A DNA stretch of 64,000 nucleotides from an uncultured bacterium (GTDB lineage Bacteria; Actinomycetota; Coriobacteriia; Coriobacteriales; Eggerthellaceae), in assembly GCA_905215035.1 (NCBI GenBank), contig CAJMOJ010000002.1, positions 4,077-68,076 on the forward strand. Direction: 5' to 3'. The notes below the pieces were generated by a model. It did not search any database and was not told where the DNA came from. It worked only from the letters and a program-made list of their open reading frames with translations. A program made the translations under genes and the position numbers. Of the stretch, positions 18,056-29,275 are shown piece after piece. Within the stretch, counting starts at the first letter, position 1, and every line of letters starts with the position of its first letter.

Positions 18056-21000
18056 ATGGATATCACTAAACCTAAAGCGCTTATACAAACAGTGCTTGCT
18101 TTTATTCTTGTGTGTGGACTTATGATCCCTGCTCAATCTTTTGCAGCAGGAACAACCACCAATCAGGCTCTTGATGCAAACTCCCAAGAGATCCTTGTTG
18201 ACGAAAACACCTCTGATCTCAATAATGCTCCTGATCTAGGAGACGCTTCAGGTGATACCGCTTATAAAAACACGCCTAATTCTGAACCGAATTCAGCAGA
18301 TACAGCATACAACTCAGATACTGAGCAGGACGACCAAGCAAACGCTTTGGGGGAAGATCCTGAGATCACCACCTTTGCTGATGCTGGACCTTTCACTATT
18401 CAAGGCGGTGTTGCGGGAACGGACTATTCTTTTAGTGGATCTGTTCTTTCAATCCTCACCTCTACCCCGCTTACTATTTCAACGTCTGCAAGCACCAACA
18501 ATACCATCCAGATCAGCGCTGGCGTGCATGCTGATATCACACTTGACGGAGTAACTATTGAAAATGCGGCTGCACCTGCCATCAACCTCATCACTAACTT
18601 ATACGACACGGCAAGTGGTGCTGCCGCAACCGATGGTTCTCAAATTCGCAACCCTACGTCACTTTATTTAACACTCAAAGACGGCTCGACTAATAAACTC
18701 ACTACTACCGCACCTTCTAACAATGCAGGCATCCGCTGTGGTGAAGGATCCATTCTCACGATTGACGATGAGCTCGATAATCGCCTCCAAGGTGGCGGTA
18801 CTGCTCCTATTGAAGGAGAAAAGGTAACCGCTAATGTCACTCTTGTTAACGGCACCGTCATTCCAGCAGGCTCACTTTCAACAGTGCTTGATAGCGACAA
18901 TCCCGGCACCCTTGAGATTATAGGCGGCGGTTACGCTCCGGGTATTGGAGGAAGCCCTTATGAAAATGGTGGCACCATGACGTTCAACGGTGGTGTGCTT
19001 GACGTTCGCACCTATGGCTGGAACTTCTCTGGTGAAGGCGGTGCGAGTTACTCTGCCGGCATCGGAGCAGCCGGCTCTGCTGATGGTACCGCTACCGTTA
19101 TGACATTTAATGGTGGCACCATCAACGCTTATGGCGGCCTTCATGGCGCTGGCATTGGTGCGGGTCATAGCGGTCACGATAGCGTTGTTGGTTCGCAACA
19201 ACCCAACTCAATCCAATCTCGCGGCACAACCCGTTGTACCGGTGACAATCCCAACGTTGCTGGAAATATTGAAATCAACGGCGGTTTCATTTATTCCCAA
19301 GGTGGCTGGCATGGTGGTGCCTTTGGCAGTGCTTGCTGGTCATCTAATAAAGGCAAAACTATCAAGATCACCGGCGGAACGCTTGTCCCGGTAGCAGGCA
19401 CAGGCGGCGGTGGAGCCCACACCGGTGACTACAGTGTATTCCCCGAAATTGGTGGATCAAAGGGGTATGTCGTGATCACGGGCGGATCCGTTCGCTGTAG
19501 CGATCCTACCATCCGATTCCAAGGAATTGGCACTACCGCTTGGGGCAACGAAGCCTATCTCACCCCAGGCTACAATGTTTCCAATGCCGAAGACCCCAAC
19601 AAGGTCTTTATGGTCAAAATTGATTTAAGTTCAGAAATCAAAAAACATCAAGGCGATGGATCAACCACCGCAGGCAACAACAAAATTGGCAAATGGGAAC
19701 TTCTTGTTGCCGGAGAACCCTATGCTTACGGCTCTCCTCAACAGTTCGATGAGGGCAAGCTTTATCTGTGGCTCCCTAAATCAGCCACCAAAGAACAAGT
19801 TACCGTTAACCTCACCTACTACGATGATAAGGGAGAAGAAGTTGCTATCGAGCCGCTCTTCCGCAACCCTGGCGACATCGATACCCTTAAACGCTACGTA
19901 CAGTTTGAGCTGCCTGATGACTACACCGAATCGCTTAAAAAGAACTATGATGGACTCCCCTTTACTGCATACGACATAGTCACCAACCCCATCACCACAA
20001 AAGAAAAACCCGCTAAAATTCTTAATCAATCCGATGCGGTTACCTACGTATATCAGCGTTTTGATCAAAAAGACGGTACGGCTCAAGGCCCTGAAGTAAA
20101 TGACCAAGGTAATCTCCCCAGCGATGAAGGAATCATGCGCTTTACCATGACATCTACCCAATTCTCCAATGAGGAAGAAGACGGCTTTAAGGAGAACTAC
20201 TGGGGTCATCGCGCCTTTGGCTGGTGCGAGATTTATCCTGTTCCCTCGCGCGTATCGCTCGTAGAAGCAAAATGGGTAGCTGATCAGGAGCCAGGCAAAA
20301 ATGAACACGATGCCCGTCAGCAAATTGCCGTTACCGCAGAAATCATGGGCGGTTATTTTGATGATGATCCTGATAAACCTGTTGCTGATACTTGTAAAGC
20401 ACCTACTGGTAGCGTCCAAATTTATGTTGACGATGAGCCAGTTGGTGACCCCGTTCCCCTACGCTTCCAAGACGAAATCCAACAAACTGAGGCCCGTGCC
20501 ACGGTGGTATTACCTAAAAATGCGGATGCAATTGATAACGGAAAAGGTGGATCGTATACCCGTTTTAACTACACCTTTACCCCTGCTGATGAGGACTTCC
20601 ATGTTCCTAATGAAGCTGAGGATGCCACCAACAGCCACAAGATCACCGTACAATACCTGCGTGGATTAAACTATCTTGCAAGTGCTAATCCTAACGAAGA
20701 TGAAAACGTTCCTTCCGATGAAGTACGCATTAAGCCGGTAGATCCTCAAAGCACTATTGAGCCAGATCCTGCTGGCGGTCCTGAGTCTTTCGAAAGTAAC
20801 CCTCCTATTGAGGATCCTGGCGATACCCCTGACCCCGATGATCCTGATGACCCCGACAACCCTGATAATCCAAAAGATCCGGCAAACCCATCGCCTAATC
20901 CAGGAAAACTTATTGAAGGCGCTATGACCATTCGCTATGTTGCTCCTACGGCTGACAACCCTAACCCGGGCCAAGTTAAACTCAGCCTTAAAACCCCTTC

Positions 21001-23080
21001 CAGTGCAATACCTACTATTACTACCGAAGATGGTCACATTATTGAGGCGCAATTCGCAACCGATGCAGACGGACAACCCGTTCGCGATGAAAATGGCAAC
21101 TACGAAATTCTTATTGATCCACAAGCCATTGGTAAAACAACGCTTTCTATCAAACAGCCTGCTAATGGCGCTTATACTTCAACCCGCTGGAACTACGATG
21201 TGACCGTGTTGCCTGATCCAGGCATCGCACCTGCCCCATCGGCAACCAAAACAGCAACAAACCTTACGCATCCCAATGGACCAAACCAACCAGGAGATCG
21301 TATCCATTACGAAATCACTACGTCCAACAAGGCCCTTGGTTCTATTTGGAAACACGCAACCGCACAAGACGTATTACCTGATGGTTTAGCGCTTGACGAA
21401 GCAACGCTTCAACTCCACAACAAAGCGGCTGGATTTGATGGCGCTCTTACCAAAACCGACGCTGCTACGCCCACACAAGGCCAATACACCCTTACGCAAA
21501 CTTCCGATAATCGCACTCATCTTATTGCAGGTATTGGAGACGTAGGCGGCGGAACATCGGCCACCTTATCTTTTGATTGTATTATTCAACCCGATGCTGT
21601 TGGTGCTGATATTACCAATATCGCTGAAACACAAGGAAGCCGTCTTGATCCCAATGACATCCCCCAAGGTGACGACGAGCAAAAGACTATTCCTGACACA
21701 ACACCAACACCAACTAATCCTGTGGCCCCTCTTGATGATCCTACCGTCATTCCTGCCGATAGCGACAAAGATAAATTTGAGGCAACAAAGCAAGTTGAAA
21801 ATACCACGCGTCCGGATTCAGATCGCACGCGACTCAACGATATTCTCCACTACACTATAACGTTTAAGAATACCGATGAGTCTCATACCTCATCATATGA
21901 TGCCCTTATTTCTGACCCCTTACCTCTTGGCGTTGACCCCATAACGGATTCGATTCGCCTTGTTGCTGCTGATGGCACCTCCCATACTGTTTCCGCATCC
22001 GCATGGCATCCCGAGACTCGCATACTATCAGTCTATGTTGGTGATATTGCGGGCCAGCAGACCGTAACTTTGACCTTTAATGCTAAGGTTACCCCTGACG
22101 CCCTCTCGCACGACATCACCAATATTGCTCAGCTGAGTGCAACCTATCCTTCTCAGAGCTCTTCGGAAAGTCATGATCCTGGCACTCCTGGTCCTGCTGA
22201 TGTGGAAATCGCCTTGCCTGATGACCCATCAGATCCTGATGATCCCGATAATCCCAACAATCCATCGGATCCCAGCAATCCAGACAACCCCGACGATCCT
22301 TCGAATCCCGATGATCCATCAGATCCTACTAAGCCAACTACCTTTACCGTTCTTACTCCAGGATCAAAGCCAAACGTAGTTGTTCCTGATGATCCTACCG
22401 AGCAAGATATTGCAATCGTCAAACAGGCCGACAACCTTACTCGCTCTGATGGCACAACGCATGTTGGCGACGTTGTCCGCTATACCATTACGGTGTCTAA
22501 CCTCAAAGAACACACTGCTCTGTTCAACACGGTTATACAAGATAAGGTGCCACAAGGACTAGAGGTACTCTGCGGTTCAATCAAGCTTACGCTGCCTCAA
22601 GGAGAACAAGCTGATGTCCTTGATTCGGTCTTTGACGTCCCCACCCACACGCTTTCTGTAGTGACAGGGCCTCTCAAGGGAGGAGAATCAATCTCTCTTA
22701 GCTTTGATGCATTAGTTACAGAAGATGCTTTAGGTGCTGATATTGGCAATATTGCACAGGCATATGGAGAGCTTCCTTCAAACGTTGATCTCTCACAAGA
22801 TTTTCTTACCCCGGGAGATAAAGCACCCTCTATCAAAGATGGTGATGGTGCTTGGTTGTCAAGCCACCTCCTTGTTACCTCATCTGTAGCATATGCACCT
22901 GGCACCGATCAGAACGGTGGTGTCCTTGAGGGCGCTGTGGATGGCAATGCAAAAACATTGTCTAAAACAGGAGATGCCTTATCTGCGATTATGTTAGGAA
23001 CATTGGGAGGCATTGCGGTTCTTTGCAGTATTGTAATTGCCTACCTTATCCGACGTAAGCGATCAGTACGTGCAGATTAA
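18056..23080 (+). CDS. Large sortase-anchored adhesin-like surface protein with three DUF11/isopeptide-type repeats
   Basis: Signal peptide (QSFA), Gly-rich GIG repeats, Pro/Asp linkers, three K..N..GD...Y.I...D..P.G...NIA units, LSKTG + TM + RRKR; ATG 18056 after GGAGG. Confidence 0.9.
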   Translation: MDITKPKALIQTVLAFILVCGLMIPAQSFAAGTTTNQALDANSQEILVDENTSDLNNAPDLGDASGDTAYKNTPNSEPNSADTAYNSDTEQDDQANALGEDPEITTFADAGPFTIQGGVAGTDYSFSGSVLSILTSTPLTISTSASTNNTIQISAGVHADITLDGVTIENAAAPAINLITNLYDTASGAAATDGSQIRNPTSLYLTLKDGSTNKLTTTAPSNNAGIRCGEGSILTIDDELDNRLQGGGTAPIEGEKVTANVTLVNGTVIPAGSLSTVLDSDNPGTLEIIGGGYAPGIGGSPYENGGTMTFNGGVLDVRTYGWNFSGEGGASYSAGIGAAGSADGTATVMTFNGGTINAYGGLHGAGIGAGHSGHDSVVGSQQPNSIQSRGTTRCTGDNPNVAGNIEINGGFIYSQGGWHGGAFGSACWSSNKGKTIKITGGTLVPVAGTGGGGAHTGDYSVFPEIGGSKGYVVITGGSVRCSDPTIRFQGIGTTAWGNEAYLTPGYNVSNAEDPNKVFMVKIDLSSEIKKHQGDGSTTAGNNKIGKWELLVAGEPYAYGSPQQFDEGKLYLWLPKSATKEQVTVNLTYYDDKGEEVAIEPLFRNPGDIDTLKRYVQFELPDDYTESLKKNYDGLPFTAYDIVTNPITTKEKPAKILNQSDAVTYVYQRFDQKDGTAQGPEVNDQGNLPSDEGIMRFTMTSTQFSNEEEDGFKENYWGHRAFGWCEIYPVPSRVSLVEAKWVADQEPGKNEHDARQQIAVTAEIMGGYFDDDPDKPVADTCKAPTGSVQIYVDDEPVGDPVPLRFQDEIQQTEARATVVLPKNADAIDNGKGGSYTRFNYTFTPADEDFHVPNEAEDATNSHKITVQYLRGLNYLASANPNEDENVPSDEVRIKPVDPQSTIEPDPAGGPESFESNPPIEDPGDTPDPDDPDDPDNPDNPKDPANPSPNPGKLIEGAMTIRYVAPTADNPNPGQVKLSLKTPSSAIPTITTEDGHIIEAQFATDADGQPVRDENGNYEILIDPQAIGKTTLSIKQPANGAYTSTRWNYDVTVLPDPGIAPAPSATKTATNLTHPNGPNQPGDRIHYEITTSNKALGSIWKHATAQDVLPDGLALDEATLQLHNKAAGFDGALTKTDAATPTQGQYTLTQTSDNRTHLIAGIGDVGGGTSATLSFDCIIQPDAVGADITNIAETQGSRLDPNDIPQGDDEQKTIPDTTPTPTNPVAPLDDPTVIPADSDKDKFEATKQVENTTRPDSDRTRLNDILHYTITFKNTDESHTSSYDALISDPLPLGVDPITDSIRLVAADGTSHTVSASAWHPETRILSVYVGDIAGQQTVTLTFNAKVTPDALSHDITNIAQLSATYPSQSSSESHDPGTPGPADVEIALPDDPSDPDDPDNPNNPSDPSNPDNPDDPSNPDDPSDPTKPTTFTVLTPGSKPNVVVPDDPTEQDIAIVKQADNLTRSDGTTHVGDVVRYTITVSNLKEHTALFNTVIQDKVPQGLEVLCGSIKLTLPQGEQADVLDSVFDVPTHTLSVVTGPLKGGESISLSFDALVTEDALGADIGNIAQAYGELPSNVDLSQDFLTPGDKAPSIKDGDGAWLSSHLLVTSSVAYAPGTDQNGGVLEGAVDGNAKTLSKTGDALSAIMLGTLGGIAVLCSIVIAYLIRRKRSVRAD

Positions 23081-23172
23081 ATAACCTACAAGCTAACAAA
23101 CCTTTACAAATCCGTACAAGCATTCACTTTACGTCACACATTTCTACAAACTAGGTAGGATAGAGACAAACG

Positions 23173-23217
23173 AACAAGCCAGGAACCATAGAGCCCGACT
23201 ATAACTCCTGGCTTGTT
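23173..23217 (+). promoter_or_regulatory. Stem-loop between the adhesin and rubredoxin genes
   Basis: 12-bp exact arms AACAAGCCAGGA / TCCTGGCTTGTT. Confidence 0.55.
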
Positions 23218-23257
23218 TACCTGTCTCTTATACAAATAAAGCTTCAAGGAGGTCATC

Positions 23258-23422
23258 ATGGATACATACATTTGTGATGTATGCGGTTACATCTACGATC
23301 CAGCAGTAGGAGACCCTGACGGAGGTATTGCTCCTGGAACAGCATTTGAAGATATTCCTGATGACTGGGTATGTCCTGTATGCGGTGCATCAAAAGATAG
23401 TTTCTCGCTTTACACCGAGTAA
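23258..23422 (+). CDS. Rubredoxin (54 aa; absent from the ORF track)
   Basis: Manual translation [64 protein letters not shown]. Confidence 0.97.
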   Translation: MDTYICDVCGYIYDPAVGDPDGGIAPGTAFEDIPDDWVCPVCGASKDSFSLYTE

Positions 23423-23472
23423 CGTATTTGCATAACGCATTTTCCGAACTGTTTATCTATGTTAAGTAGCGT

Positions 23473-23512
23473 GAGCGACCCATGAAAGAGCGTCATGGGT
23501 CGCTCGTTTATT
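23473..23512 (+). terminator. Rho-independent terminator
   Basis: 13-bp stem GAGCGACCCATGA / TCATGGGTCGCTC followed by T-rich sequence. Confidence 0.8.
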
Positions 23513-23589
23513 ATTGATTGCCGTGGTACAAATTCATATAGCTACAGCCCTAAAGGGGAAACTACGGTCTCCCTATCTACATTCACTAC

Positions 23590-23856
23590 TTACATTTGAC
23601 AGGAAATAACTTTCCACGTTCCTTTTTTAGTCTCAGCAAATTCCATCGTATACGTTGAGATCATCTCAGGGATAATCGCTTCCTTGACTAGTTCGTCTGC
23701 AAGTGCCCGCACCGTTTCTTCAGAAGGTCGCTTAGAGCACACGCACTGTCCATCACTGCGATCATATGACACGACATTACCATCGACGAGCGTAGCGGTC
23801 CAAATATTGTACTTAGAGCCATACGGCTTTAAATCATTTCGCATCATAGCAAGCAC
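23590..23856 (-). CDS. Small hypothetical protein or gene remnant
   Basis: 88 aa ORF with protein-like composition; start unclear. Confidence 0.45.
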   Translation of the reverse strand: MLAMMRNDLKPYGSKYNIWTATLVDGNVVSYDRSDGQCVCSKRPSEETVRALADELVKEAIIPEMISTYTMEFAETKKGTWKVISCQM

Positions 23857-24021
23857 TCTTTCTCTAGTCCGTTGGCTACCTTGATATTTGTCGCCTTACT
23901 ATTCACTACCTTGCTATAGGTCACCTTAGTGTCGGCTACTTTGACACGTTAGCCACCATTCTAAAGTTTTCTTAATCTATCTCTGTAATTGCCACGCAAT
24001 CTTTACTATGATCTAACTAAT

Positions 24022-25404
24022 ATGAAAGCAAAACGTGATAAAAACATCGACATGCTCAACGGGCCTTTGGCGCGCAAAATTCTTCTATTTGCCATCCCTC
24101 TTGCCCTTACTTCGATTCTTCAACAACTTCTCAATTCTGCCGATGCCAGCATTGCTGGTCGTTATGTCAGTAATTTCTCGCTTGCAGGCATTGGCGGAAC
24201 CGTCCCGATTACCTCCACTTTTGTCAATCTCTTTGTTGGCCTTTCTATTGGCGCCAACGTTGTGGTTGCAATGTTTATCGGATCAGGCAACACCGAGCGC
24301 GTAAAAGAGACTGTCCACACGGCCATGGGTCTCGCAGTCATCACCGGTCTCATCCTTATGGTCGCTGGTCTCTTTTTAGCTGAATGGATTCTCGTTGCAA
24401 TTGGTATGCCCGCTGATGCAGAAGCAGACGCACTTGCCTACATACGCTGTTATTTTTGTACGATACCCTTTTTGACACTCTACAATTTTGGTGCCGCTAT
24501 CATTCGCGCTCACGGCGATACCCGCACACCACTTTATGCCCTTGTTGCCGCAGTAGTTGTTAATCTTGCGCTTAACTTACTCTTTGTTTGTATGTTCGGC
24601 TGGGGCACTACCGGTATTGGTATTGCTACCGTGATTGCTTGTGCACTCAGCGCCTTTATTCTTATCGTTGCTCTCCAACATGAGCAAGAACCCTATCGTC
24701 TTACCATTCGACAGATTCGCATTGCCCGCTCTCCTCTTGTAGGAATTCTGCGTATTGGCATTCCTGCTGGCATCCAAGGTGCAGTCTTTTCTCTTTCAAA
24801 TGTTATTGTTCAAGCAGCGATCAACGGGTTTGGATCAGCCGCTATCGCAGGATGCGCTGCTACCTTAAATTTTGAAATATATACCTATTTTTGCATCAGC
24901 GCGTTTGCGCAAACCGCCGTAACGTTTACGAGTCAAAACTTTGCTGCAGGCAATAGTCAGCGCTGTAGAGAAATTTTCAGGTGGTGCCTCCTTTTTGGCG
25001 CTGGTGTTGGTCTTTGTTTAGGCATCACCTTTACGGCACTTGGCCGGAGCGCATTAAGTATTTTTACAACTGATGCGATTGCTCTTGGCTATGGCATGAT
25101 CCGCATGTGGCTTATTGAACTTCCTGATTGTTTAACTGCCTTTTACGAAGTCCCTGCAGGCTGTATGCGCGGCATGGGCTGGTCTACCCTGCCAGCCATT
25201 ATTACTATCTTTGGATCCTGTGTTATGCGCATCGCGTTTGTTGTTTTGATATTCCCCCATCTAAACGACTTCACTGCTCTCATGGGACTCTACCCCTTCA
25301 CCTGGATCTGCATGCTTACCGCCATGCTCATCGCTTACTTTATTGTACGGCGCCGCGCTTTTAGAACAATCACCTCACAAAGAGTTGCGCCATTACAACA
25401 ATGA
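24022..25404 (+). CDS. MATE-family efflux transporter
   Basis: ILLFAIP, LQQLLNSAD, RAHGDTRTP, SQNFAAG; about 12 TM segments. Confidence 0.93.
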   Translation: MKAKRDKNIDMLNGPLARKILLFAIPLALTSILQQLLNSADASIAGRYVSNFSLAGIGGTVPITSTFVNLFVGLSIGANVVVAMFIGSGNTERVKETVHTAMGLAVITGLILMVAGLFLAEWILVAIGMPADAEADALAYIRCYFCTIPFLTLYNFGAAIIRAHGDTRTPLYALVAAVVVNLALNLLFVCMFGWGTTGIGIATVIACALSAFILIVALQHEQEPYRLTIRQIRIARSPLVGILRIGIPAGIQGAVFSLSNVIVQAAINGFGSAAIAGCAATLNFEIYTYFCISAFAQTAVTFTSQNFAAGNSQRCREIFRWCLLFGAGVGLCLGITFTALGRSALSIFTTDAIALGYGMIRMWLIELPDCLTAFYEVPAGCMRGMGWSTLPAIITIFGSCVMRIAFVVLIFPHLNDFTALMGLYPFTWICMLTAMLIAYFIVRRRAFRTITSQRVAPLQQ

Positions 25405-25414
25405 CAAAAACGGC

Positions 25415-26965
25415 TTGATTGAAATTGAAAACTGGATATCTAATTACCAATCTATTTATTTAATCTTCTGACTCGCTATAGACTTGAATATACTTGTATG
25501 CCTACTTCAATAAACTAGGTGCCATAATCACATCGTCACTTGGAATATGACATATACCTAGTGATTCAAGTAGATTTTGGGATAGGACTAGTTTTGCTAA
25601 CTCTATAGGAGCAGCAAGCTGTCCTGCCCTAGGACATAAATTAACATGAAAGCATACAAGAGCAACATCGGCAAAGCTTAAGGTATCGAAGTTAGAGCCT
25701 TTTGGCAAAATCTTTCTTAGTTCAACATGGCTTTTCTCACATGTTCCTTTTTGCCCTGGCTTTACTGGATTGCAGTAAAACATGCGAGTCCGTCTGTTTT
25801 TGTTAATACCAATCTCTATTTTGGAGTGATCTAAAAACTCACTCCCTCTATCTCCTAAAAGAACTGGAAATACTTTTCTAAAACTTCCTTCGCAATACAC
25901 TTAAAGTGCATCAAGTACTTTTTGCACACTTGCTTGAGTTTTATCAGAAAGCAACACATAGAGCTGAAAGAATAGTCTTGGGAAGTGAAGAGATAAGATA
26001 CATTGTTTATCTTTTCTTCTGCCCTCTACACAATCAATCTGTACCGTAAGCGAGCGCTCTTCTTCAGTAAGAGCAAGCCAATCAGCGTAAGTGTGATTAT
26101 CAAGTTTTATCTTAGGTTCATTGCTTGTTTTCCTTTTGCGAGGGATATAGCGCACTTTTTTGGAAGATCTAGGTTTGTTAGCTCCATAACTCCTTTTTCT
26201 ATGTAGTTGTAAAACGTGCGTACTCCTACAGAAAACTCTTTTCCATGAGTAATCCAAATTAATTCAAGACTTTACCCTTGACTAAGAAGCTTTTTAACCG
26301 TCTCAACCATAGTATTAAGTTCTTTTTCGCTACAAACAATTCTCATATGCGCACGACTTAGTGCTTGATCTCTTTTTTGCTGAGCAATATGAGCAATATA
26401 ACGTACTCGAGGGCGATTACAGATACCCTTTTTCTTACAGCTATAACAAACAAAAGGTGCACGTATAAGCGTTTGACAAAAAGCTAGGTTAAATGAAGAG
26501 CAGTACTTATAACAAATAATCTGTTCGCAGCATTTGCAATAGGTATTTTGATATCTACAGAGAGAACAAATCTTTTTCTCAAAACATTTTTCGTAGTTTA
26601 GACATGCAACTTTAGGATCTCCAAACACTTTTGCGCGCCAATAAACATCTCTATTGGTTTTAATCTCATGTGAAATTGTCGTAGGAGATACATCTAAGAC
26701 ACGAGCAATACTTCTTAATGAAGCATGCTCTTTTAGCATCTCTTCAATCGTGAGCCGATCATCATAAGCAAGATGCCCACCTTTTCTCCTCGGCATTTTT
26801 TAACCCCTTCTTTCAAAAGCAAGCCAGAAGAGATACTTATATGCTAAAAAGATCTAGTCATAAACAAATGACCTGCATTAAGACAAGCTCGTTATCCAAA
26901 TATAAGTCATTAACAAAGTTGAATTCTTAAACTGGACACACTGTCCAGACTTTGGTTTCAATTAA
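25415..26965 (-). mobile_element. Decayed IS30-family insertion sequence
   Basis: AT-rich; imperfect terminal inverted repeats at 25415-25436 and 26944-26965 (16/22 by hand); encloses the transposase pseudogene. Confidence 0.8.
25502..26796 (-). pseudogene. IS30-family transposase pseudogene
   Basis: HTH (SLRSIARVLDVSPTTISHEIK), Cys-rich insert, DDE segments DCVEG / DRGSEF / KGTCEKSH; stops at 26272-26274 and 25901-25903; frameshift at the T-run 26156-26161. Confidence 0.9.
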
Positions 26966-27097
26966 AGAGAAAACATGCGAGTAACGACATTGTCAAAAAA
27001 ATGTTTGGCTGCAGCTTTTAGCCCATATTCTTGCTTACTCCTAAGAACACTCTCTACACGGTAGCCAAAATAGCTACAGCGTAAAATCAAGTAATGA

Positions 27098-28351
27098 TCA
27101 GGCCTTACAACTTACTTTAATGGTGCGATAGCACACCAATGCAATACCAGGAATAGCAAGCGCAAGAAGTGCTCCCATCATAAATCCTGCCTGTGCTCCC
27201 CATACATCAATAATAATTCCAGCAAGTGTTGGTCCAATCGCCAAACCACACGTGCATCCCGCATTGAGCCATGTGATAGCCTCAGTCAAGCGCTTCCCGG
27301 GAACCACACGCTCGCATGCACCATTGAGAACAATCAAAAAAGGAGCATAAAACAATGCCGCCACACACGAGACCACATACAAACTCACAGCATCAGTAAT
27401 GAGCGCCATCGAACCGTACCCTAAGCCAATACAAATTGCCGTAAGCAACACCTGCTGATAAGGCGGGATAGCAAGACGCAAGGTGCCAAAGACAAACCCC
27501 ATTACAATGGAGACGACTGCTGAAAGCACCAGCGCACCGCTTGCAATATTAGGCTCACCCAACCCTTCTGCAAAAGCCACTGTGGTGGTATCAAACGTGC
27601 CAAAAAACGCGCCCAAAAGCAGCATTAATACAAACAAAATGCGCACCATGCGCGATGTGCGAAAAAGGCTCTTAGTTTTTTGCTTGTTTTCTGAATCTTG
27701 CACTGCTTGTTCTGTTTGTTCTCTCCAACCAGGCGCTGGCTCTGTATCCTTTGAGCACACCAACAAAATTGCACCTAGCAAAAAGCAAACTCCACCCACA
27801 GCAAGACCTGCGATAGGAGTAATTGTTGACGCAAGAAAAATAGAAAGCGCGGGCGCAATCATGAAACCCACATCATCAAGAATACCCTCGTACGAAAAAA
27901 TAGTAGTAATGTTGGGTGCACAAGAACCTAATTTTCCCGTTCTTAGCAAATACACCCATCGCGCACGAGAAAGTGCTTGAGCACTCGGAATACACCCAAC
28001 AAATACGGCAGCAAGAAAGAGTACCCATAGAGGACCATGCACATACACGGTGGCAAGAAGCGCAACTAAGCCTACAAGACTGACCACTGCCGCAACGGGA
28101 ACAATGCGCGATTGGCCTTTCTCATCAACCAATTTTCCCAAACGCGGACCAATCAGAAAAATAGCCAACGCAATAACCGATGACACCAAACCTGATTCGA
28201 GAAACGAATACCCAGCCAAAGAAAGCATCGCCACAGTACCGATGTTCATCATATAGCCATACATGCGCATAAGAAGACATGCCATATCAAAACGTCGTGC
28301 TGACCGAACCGCAAGGATTGCTTTATAGACTTTGAGATCTATTGCTGACAT
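27098..28351 (-). CDS. MFS transporter
   Basis: About 12 TM segments; motif A-like GKLVDEKGQSR; AAGGA RBS. Confidence 0.9.
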   Translation of the reverse strand: MSAIDLKVYKAILAVRSARRFDMACLLMRMYGYMMNIGTVAMLSLAGYSFLESGLVSSVIALAIFLIGPRLGKLVDEKGQSRIVPVAAVVSLVGLVALLATVYVHGPLWVLFLAAVFVGCIPSAQALSRARWVYLLRTGKLGSCAPNITTIFSYEGILDDVGFMIAPALSIFLASTITPIAGLAVGGVCFLLGAILLVCSKDTEPAPGWREQTEQAVQDSENKQKTKSLFRTSRMVRILFVLMLLLGAFFGTFDTTTVAFAEGLGEPNIASGALVLSAVVSIVMGFVFGTLRLAIPPYQQVLLTAICIGLGYGSMALITDAVSLYVVSCVAALFYAPFLIVLNGACERVVPGKRLTEAITWLNAGCTCGLAIGPTLAGIIIDVWGAQAGFMMGALLALAIPGIALVCYRTIKVSCKA

Positions 28352-28717
28352 TGTCTTTATGACATCCTTTTCTTTGACCTACATTTTTGACCTGCAAGAT
28401 GTGGACTTGCTTACGTTTAGCAAAGCAGCGTATCGCATTAGTCACGCGCACCGTAAAGAGTACACGTAATAAAACGCTCACAGAACCTAAGAAGATCATC
28501 AAGCGGTAAATCGCTATATTTATTTGCAAGCCAATCCAAATAGGCGTACGTAACACGGATGGCCGCAACAATACGTTGCTTTATCGCGATGGCGAAAAGC
28601 CGCATAATGGACATAAGCTCTTTACAATCATTAAGCAACCAGTCTTTTACGGTCTTTGAGGTGCGACTCAGGCCAGCAAGAGGCTCATCGCCCTTCATAT
28701 TATGAAAGGATAGCGCT

Positions 28718-29275
28718 ATGTCATTAGGCTCCATCATCGCACAAATCCGAGCAGAAAAAGGATTAACTCAAGAACAAATGGCGCACGATTTGTTTGTTGC
28801 CCGACAAGCAGTTTCTCGCTGGGAAACAGGTGAAACATCTCCTGGTGTCGACATGGTAAAGCTTATCTGTGTTACTTACGCGATTCCACTTGAGCGCTTT
28901 TTTGAAATGCCGCTAGACTACTATTGCCAATGCTGTTCTATGCCCATCCCCGATGAAGCGCTCCATGGCACTGAGGCCGATGGATCAAAAAGCGATCACT
29001 ACTGTAAATGGTGCTACCAACATGGCGACTTTACTGCTCAAGATGTGGACATGGATGAGTTTATTGAAGCAACCGCACAAATGGAAGCCGATGCACTTGG
29101 CATCTCACGTGAGGAAGCTGTATCGCTCATGGCGACCTTACTCCCCCATCTTGAACGCTGGAAAAGTGAATCCACCGATAAGTCAACTAATAGCCCAACC
29201 GACGCATCAACCGATAAAGCCACCGATGGGGCCGATGGAGCCGAGAGCGACTCTGAACACAAATCCGTGGATTAA
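28718..29275 (+). CDS. XRE-family HTH regulator fused to a zinc-ribbon domain
   Basis: GLTQEQMA..FVARQAVSRWETG; CQCCSMP...YCKWC...LPHLERWK. Confidence 0.9.
   Translation: MSLGSIIAQIRAEKGLTQEQMAHDLFVARQAVSRWETGETSPGVDMVKLICVTYAIPLERFFEMPLDYYCQCCSMPIPDEALHGTEADGSKSDHYCKWCYQHGDFTAQDVDMDEFIEATAQMEADALGISREEAVSLMATLLPHLERWKSESTDKSTNSPTDASTDKATDGADGAESDSEHKSVD

Noticed and set aside
19781..22905. Long antisense ORFs inside the adhesin (and similar shadow ORFs elsewhere)
   Set aside because: Fully nested opposite well-supported genes and explained by codon bias and Pro/Asp repeats.
28438..28737. 99-aa minus-strand ORF
   Set aside because: Overlaps the start and RBS of the divergent HTH gene, has no RBS of its own and no motif; cannot be supported.
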